A stretch of 64,000 nt of DNA. It comes from Thermoplasmatales archaeon. GTDB lineage: Archaea; Thermoplasmatota; Thermoplasmata; Thermoplasmatales; Thermoplasmataceae. The notes under the pieces were generated by a model. It made no database searches. It was not told the origin of the DNA and worked only from the letters and a program-made list of their open reading frames with translations. The stretch covers positions 5,740 to 69,739 of the forward strand of contig DAHXNF010000040.1 of NCBI GenBank assembly GCA_027366585.1, given 5' to 3'. The first letter of the stretch is position 1, and every line of letters begins with the position of its first letter. The position numbers were made by a program, and so were the translations under genes. This document shows positions 59,539 to 64,000 of this stretch, piece by piece.

Positions 59539-59844
59539 TTAATTCTTTCCGACTTCGATCTTCTTCAGGTGGACCGGAGCTGCAACTAGCTTCTTCTTCA
59601 CAGAACCCACGGAAATAGCTAGAACGTAGCATTCTCCCTGCTTTTTCACGATCACACCGGTCTTACCCTGGAAGTTATGGAACGGCATTCCGTCATGAAC
59701 TGATGGATTTATCCGCACAGCTGCATAATCACCTATCTCAAAGGTCCTGACCATGTCGTTAACCCTGGGGAATCCTCTTTCCTTGATAGACTTCGTCATT
59801 TTCATTCTTGAACCCGACCTGGGTCCATGTGACATTTTAGACAT
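59539..59844 (-). CDS. rpl21e: 50S ribosomal protein L21e
   Basis: 101 aa. SHGPRSGSR...FEIGDYAAVRINPSVHDGMPFHNFQGKTGVIV. Confidence 0.93.
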   Translation of the reverse strand: MSKMSHGPRSGSRMKMTKSIKERGFPRVNDMVRTFEIGDYAAVRINPSVHDGMPFHNFQGKTGVIVKKQGECYVLAISVGSVKKKLVAAPVHLKKIEVGKN

Positions 59845-59845
59845 C

Positions 59846-61006
59846 TTACATTTCCTCCGTTATCGCGAGCACGTCGAGTTCTTCCACCTTCAGGCTGGAT
59901 CCATACAGGCCCGACAGGTTTGGGTCTGTTCTACCACCATCCCCGTTGATTAGTTCCTTTATGTATGTCCCCGCTTCTGCAGTCATTTCGACCACCGCAC
60001 GAGTACCATCTATTGATATGGTATCAGCTTTCTTTACTATTCTTTCCCGAATGAGATCTGCCCTGCGTCCCGACACCCGTAATGGAGTACGCTGATAAAT
60101 AATTTTGCCGCTTAATTCGGAGACGGCTTTCCGGAATGCTACAGGATCTATTGGATCTCCTGCAATAATCAGCGCCCTGTAGCTCTTGTCATGCCTGCTG
60201 TTCTTCACCTTCTCAACCATCTCGCCGCCCACGATCTCAAGGTCCGCTATCTCCACTGCTCCGCTTTTTCTCACTTTTTCCGCGAGGTTCGAGAGATCGA
60301 TGTTCCTTAAATGTGGAGATGATAGCTCAAGTACAAACTCCCTACCGCCTCCGAGCATAAGCACATCAACATCCTCCCTGCCGGCTGCATGAAGGTAGAA
60401 ATTCTCTGCCCTGACCATCGTCTGTGCTGGAATTCCAATGATCTCCTCTACAGAATCATGCTTGTCGAAGTTGATCCACCTGGTCTGAGGTATCCCGCGG
60501 ACAAGCTTCCTGTATCTTCCACGGATAAAGAGACTCCTGAACCAGAACCTGTAAGACAGATATTCCAGGTTGACGGTGACTATGACTTCAGGGTCCTTGA
60601 ACTCCACCTCCTTCTGCATCCTTCCGGACAGGATCTTCCCAAATTCCCGGTTAAACTCCTTCTTGATACTCTCCCCCATCCCGAACCTCGACTCGAGTTC
60701 CTTCTCAAGGGGGTTATGGACCCTGTTTTCAGAGCCAACCAGGAAGGTCGAGAAATCATAATCCCCCAGTGCCTCATGGATTGACGCTCCCAGTCCTTCC
60801 AGATCCAGGAACAGGCCATGGCAAATAGAACATTCACGCTCCTCCTTCAGGTCAGGAGAAAAGCCAAGTGCAGTGAGTGCAAAACTCATCCTGTCACCGC
60901 GATCATTGTTGGATAAACCATGCCCTACTCTGCCAAAAACCCTGCCAAGGCAACGCTTGCAGATCGGGGATGTTGACAGGAATTCAAGATCCTGCCAGTT
61001 TGGCAT
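59846..61006 (-). CDS. pus10: tRNA pseudouridine(54/55) synthase Pus10
   Basis: Zn-ribbon pairs CKRCLGR and CSICHGLF, then THUMP and catalytic domains. I set the start at ATG 61006 because the longer track ORF (to 61084) overlaps the rpoP gene found at 61015-61146. Confidence 0.85.
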   Translation of the reverse strand: MPNWQDLEFLSTSPICKRCLGRVFGRVGHGLSNNDRGDRMSFALTALGFSPDLKEERECSICHGLFLDLEGLGASIHEALGDYDFSTFLVGSENRVHNPLEKELESRFGMGESIKKEFNREFGKILSGRMQKEVEFKDPEVIVTVNLEYLSYRFWFRSLFIRGRYRKLVRGIPQTRWINFDKHDSVEEIIGIPAQTMVRAENFYLHAAGREDVDVLMLGGGREFVLELSSPHLRNIDLSNLAEKVRKSGAVEIADLEIVGGEMVEKVKNSRHDKSYRALIIAGDPIDPVAFRKAVSELSGKIIYQRTPLRVSGRRADLIRERIVKKADTISIDGTRAVVEMTAEAGTYIKELINGDGGRTDPNLSGLYGSSLKVEELDVLAITEEM

Positions 61007-61014
61007 GGCTGGCT

Positions 61015-61146
61015 TCACTTCGTAATGATTGTCTTTTCTATCGGCGGTCTTTCCTTGAGGAAGACCCTGGAGCCGCATTCGCATTCAATCTCTGCAGTAC
61101 CGATCGATTTCTCTAGCGGTTTCCCGCATCTAATGCACTTATACAC
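61015..61146 (-). CDS. rpoP: DNA-directed RNA polymerase subunit P (Rpo12), 43 aa, not in the ORF track
   Basis: Manual translation gives (GTG)[45 protein letters not shown]. This is a zinc-ribbon CxxC...CxC followed by R.f.K.R, in the conserved position after L37Ae. The GTG overlaps the L37Ae stop region. Confidence 0.7.
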   Translation of the reverse strand: MYKCIRCGKPLEKSIGTAEIECECGSRVFLKERPPIEKTIITK

Positions 61147-61396
61147 TCTGCCTCACCTGTTCCAGGACAGCACGTGAGAATTCGGGCGTATAGGAACCGC
61201 CAGCAAACTTGTAGTGACAGTGCCTGCACTCCCAGATGCCGCTCGCGATACGCTTTACCTTTCTCTGCTTGCAGGAAGGGCATGAATAGAAAGCGATCTT
61301 TTGCTTATACACCTCGTTCCATTCCTTCCTGACAGTAACTCCGTATCTTGGCCCAAATCTTCCAGCAGCCCCAACTTTTACCGTTCTTTTTGCCAT
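61139..61396 (-). CDS. rpl37ae: 50S ribosomal protein L37Ae (L43e)
   Basis: 85 aa. [19 protein letters not shown]...[17 protein letters not shown]. Confidence 0.95.
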   Translation of the reverse strand: MAKRTVKVGAAGRFGPRYGVTVRKEWNEVYKQKIAFYSCPSCKQRKVKRIASGIWECRHCHYKFAGGSYTPEFSRAVLEQVRQSV

Positions 61397-61400
61397 ATGA

Positions 61401-62186
61401 TCACTTCGGGAAATTATTCCTGATTAGGCTTCCGACATCGCTTGATGTTTTTATAGCTTTTTGGATCTCTTCCAGTGTGAAGAAACCGGGCTCTCCCTTC
61501 TGCATTGCCTTAAGATGGCCGTCCTCTGCCGTCGTTACGGTAAGCCGGGCAGTTGCAATCTGTTCTTCCTCCAGATCCGGATCCACAACAACCGTGTCAC
61601 CAACCTTGACCATGGTCACCGAGGCAGGTTTGCACGTTATTGGAAGCGGGAAATCCTGCTTTCCAATCGTTGATCCTGGAACAACGGCAGTTGACAGCGC
61701 AGAAACAGCGGCTATCGTGCATGCGTCTATCAGGTTGCCGTCAAAATCTATTACGTCAATATCTATGAACACGATCCAGACCTGCTTTGCCGGTTCTACC
61801 ACGAGCTTCTGCAGGTCGATCATCTTTGATTCACGGATTCCGCGGTCGACTACGCGGGCAATCTCGATCGAATCCTCGCTTGGAGGGCCAGCCTCAAAGG
61901 TCGGGAAAGCCATCGGGAGCAGCTCTACATTCGTGGTAAGGACACCCTGGTTGGGCGTATCGGGGAACGGTTCCCCTGCCTCGATCTTGACGCCACAAAC
62001 CACCTTGGTTCTTCCAAGCGTCACAACAGCGGAGCCTGCGGCTCTAGGGATGAAGTTGGTCTGTATCGTTACCGCCCGCATCTCGTCCAGTTTTCTTCCA
62101 TCAGCTCTCAGCCCTTCCTTCTTGATCTTCTGCAGAATGTAGTTCCTTTTTATCTCTGACATTACGTCAAGTTCGTCTCGCGGCAT
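61401..62186 (-). CDS. rrp42: exosome complex component Rrp42
   Basis: 261 aa, RNase PH-like. [40 protein letters not shown]. Third gene of rrp4-rrp41-rrp42. Confidence 0.9.
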   Translation of the reverse strand: MPRDELDVMSEIKRNYILQKIKKEGLRADGRKLDEMRAVTIQTNFIPRAAGSAVVTLGRTKVVCGVKIEAGEPFPDTPNQGVLTTNVELLPMAFPTFEAGPPSEDSIEIARVVDRGIRESKMIDLQKLVVEPAKQVWIVFIDIDVIDFDGNLIDACTIAAVSALSTAVVPGSTIGKQDFPLPITCKPASVTMVKVGDTVVVDPDLEEEQIATARLTVTTAEDGHLKAMQKGEPGFFTLEEIQKAIKTSSDVGSLIRNNFPK

Positions 62187-62188
62187 TC

Positions 62189-62929
62189 TTACTCACCCCA
62201 GTCCTGTGCGTTCGATGAATAGTTCTTCTTCAATGCATCCCTCTGTATCTGGTTGATCCTCTCGGTTGCCTTGAATATCATGGATGTTGCCTCATTGAAC
62301 TCATCGATTGAAAGGTCCCCATCCATCTGCATAAGTACGACTTTCCCGGATTTAGGCATTATTGCAACCGGCAGATCAGCCTGGCCAAAGTTGTCCTCCT
62401 CCTTGGAGAGATCAAGGACAACTTTTCCATCCACCTTGCCAGCAGTGCAGCCTACCACGAGATCACGCATCGGTACTCCGGCTGCTGCAAGAGCAACAGC
62501 GGCTGCAGTCAAGCCCGCGATCCTGGTGCCCGCATCGGCCTGGAGCACCTCAATGAAAACGTCAATCTGCGCCCTTGGGAACAGTTCAACCATTACCGCT
62601 GCCTGCAGCGCCTCAGAGATCACCTTGGATATCTCCATGGATCTCCTGTCCGGGCCCGGCCTCTTTCTTTCATCAACGGAGAAGGCTGCCATGTTGTATC
62701 TCGCCCTCACGAAAGCCTGGTTGATATCCTGCATGTGCCTCGGGTACGCCTCCCTGGGACCATAAACTGCAACCTGTATCTTGTTGCCGCCCCACTCAAT
62801 GAATGCGCTCCCGTCAGCCCTGTTTAGCACGTCCGTCTCAATTCTTATCGGCCTCAGGTCGCCCGGAGATCTTCCGTCCAGCCTCAGGCCGTTATCATCA
62901 AATAGCTTCTTGTCACTCGCTGTTCCCAA
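62189..62929 (-). CDS. rrp41: exosome complex exonuclease Rrp41
   Basis: 246 aa. GLRLDGRSPGDLRPIRIETDVLNRADGSAFIEWGGNKIQVAVYGPRE and ADAGTR. Confidence 0.93.
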   Translation of the reverse strand: MGTASDKKLFDDNGLRLDGRSPGDLRPIRIETDVLNRADGSAFIEWGGNKIQVAVYGPREAYPRHMQDINQAFVRARYNMAAFSVDERKRPGPDRRSMEISKVISEALQAAVMVELFPRAQIDVFIEVLQADAGTRIAGLTAAAVALAAAGVPMRDLVVGCTAGKVDGKVVLDLSKEEDNFGQADLPVAIMPKSGKVVLMQMDGDLSIDEFNEATSMIFKATERINQIQRDALKKNYSSNAQDWGE

Positions 62930-63602
62930 CTATCTCACCTTTCTTGTCATCCAAAAACTTCTTCACTCTGTCTGTGAGGCCCACGGTATGTGCCTCCTTT
63001 TCCACCATTCTTAATGCATCGATGGCCACTATGACGTTCTCAGGTGCACCATCCAGCCATATTATACCGTTCTGGCCAACCATTATCCTGGTATGCGTGG
63101 AATCCTTGATCATGTTTACCATGCTTCCGCCCTTGCCGATTATCCTCGGCACCTTCGGTGACGATATGGTAACAAGGGTTCCCCCTTCAAGCTTCCTCAT
63201 GCCGACGTCCTTCATCGTGATCCAGCTCTCCTTGATCTCGTTGATTGAGAGAATCTTGGCGTAGACGTAGTCGCCGACATTCATGTATCTCTTGAGCTCG
63301 CCGGAGGATACCCTCCATGGCGCATCGTTCATATGAAGGAGGGTCGTATAGGTTGAGCTTATGTCCACAACCCACATCGATGGTCCTATCTCTATCACTT
63401 TCCCGATAACCTTGTCATTCCGGCGCGGAACGTACCTTCCCGAAAACGGGACAACGTCCACGAACTGCTCGCTTTCCTGCAGGATTCCAAAAAACTCGGA
63501 GCAATATTTGTTCTCTCCGCACTTGTATACCCCATTTCTCGGCTTGAGGTTTGAAACCTCCACAGGATCGCCCGGCATTACTATCTGCTTAACATTTGAC
63601 AT
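62913..63602 (-). CDS. rrp4: exosome complex RNA-binding protein Rrp4
   Basis: 229 aa. N-terminal domain plus S1 (DKVIGKVIEIGPSMWVVDI) plus KH (IGKGGSMVNMIKDSTHTRIMVGQNGIIWL). Confidence 0.9.
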   Translation of the reverse strand: MSNVKQIVMPGDPVEVSNLKPRNGVYKCGENKYCSEFFGILQESEQFVDVVPFSGRYVPRRNDKVIGKVIEIGPSMWVVDISSTYTTLLHMNDAPWRVSSGELKRYMNVGDYVYAKILSINEIKESWITMKDVGMRKLEGGTLVTISSPKVPRIIGKGGSMVNMIKDSTHTRIMVGQNGIIWLDGAPENVIVAIDALRMVEKEAHTVGLTDRVKKFLDDKKGEIVGNSE

Positions 63603-63780
63603 CTGATCACCATTCTTTTTCCTACAAACATTTTATTCTTTTTTCCAATTTTAAGTGTATTATATCAAATGATATAATTATATCACAATCGTACTGATAG
63701 TAATTATTAAATTTGAAACATGCAGCCAGGGCTTGTCAAGCCATATATAGGCTGATGCGATATTATTGGCATGTCGCGAA

Positions 63781-64000
63781 AAGAGAAGGATGTTCTTGGA
63801 GAGATCGAAATACCCGACGACGTAATGTATGGGATCAACACGAAAAGAGCGATGGAAAATTTCCAGATTTCTGGATTGAAGGCCGATGCAGATCATATTG
63901 CATCCATGGCCCAGATAAAGAGATCCGCGGCTATAGCAAACTACACCGGAAAGAAGCTCGACGTAAAGAAGAAGGATGCCATAGTAAAGGCATGCGACCT
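63781..64000 (+). CDS. aspartate ammonia-lyase / class II fumarate hydratase family protein (5' partial, runs off window)
   Basis: Manual translation gives MSRKEKDVLGEIEIPDDVMYGINTKRAMENFQISG...IKRSAAIANYTG, which matches the N-terminus of AspA/FumC (D.lG...vP.d.yyG..T.RA.eNF.IS). Confidence 0.7.

Noticed and set aside
61348-62142. A 264-aa plus-strand ORF antisense to rrp42, and similar ORFs antisense to rrp41 and rrp4.
   Set aside because: The exosome genes on the minus strand are unambiguous. The antisense ORFs are Ser/Thr/Ala/Pro-rich shadows.

Overview
This is an archaeal chromosomal window, probably from a Thermoplasmata-like euryarchaeon. The evidence is an exosome/ribosomal superoperon, L21e, L37Ae, Pus10, RpoF and RpoP, a two-subunit 2-oxoacid:ferredoxin oxidoreductase and an ADP-forming acetyl-CoA synthetase. 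Most of the window is housekeeping. It holds a katG oxidative-stress cluster, argG-argH, hutU, purA, icd, korAB-like genes, acdAB, an Opp/Dpp-type ABC operon, two ABC-2 exporters, a large beta-helix surface glycoprotein, and the operon rrp4-rrp41-rrp42-L37Ae-rpoP-pus10-L21e-rpoF-DUF655-ksgA. Two accessory islands interrupt it. Island 1 (about 9.5-19.3 kb) is AT-rich and full of decayed IS copies: IS1634-like, IS21-like, IS66-like x2, IS5-like, IS630 and a reverse-transcriptase fragment. It carries the most interesting gene in the window, a 1138-aa single polypeptide that fuses a Cys-rich N-terminal region, a complete Hanks-type Ser/Thr kinase domain and a SAMHD1/dGTPase-type HD phosphohydrolase domain. 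The same island also holds a ClpP-fold (S49/SDH-type) serine protease with a tightly coupled 64-aa ORF, and a multi-TM protein. About 50-bp near-identical direct repeats inside IS66-like remnants bracket the kinase-HD/protease cassette. Island 2 (about 26.8-32.6 kb) carries two diverged, head-to-head AbiE-like nucleotidyltransferase/wHTH pairs with inverted gene order, a DUF3800 gene and an IS5 fragment. I found no CRISPR array, rRNA or convincing tRNA. All family assignments rest on motif recognition by eye, not on database searches.
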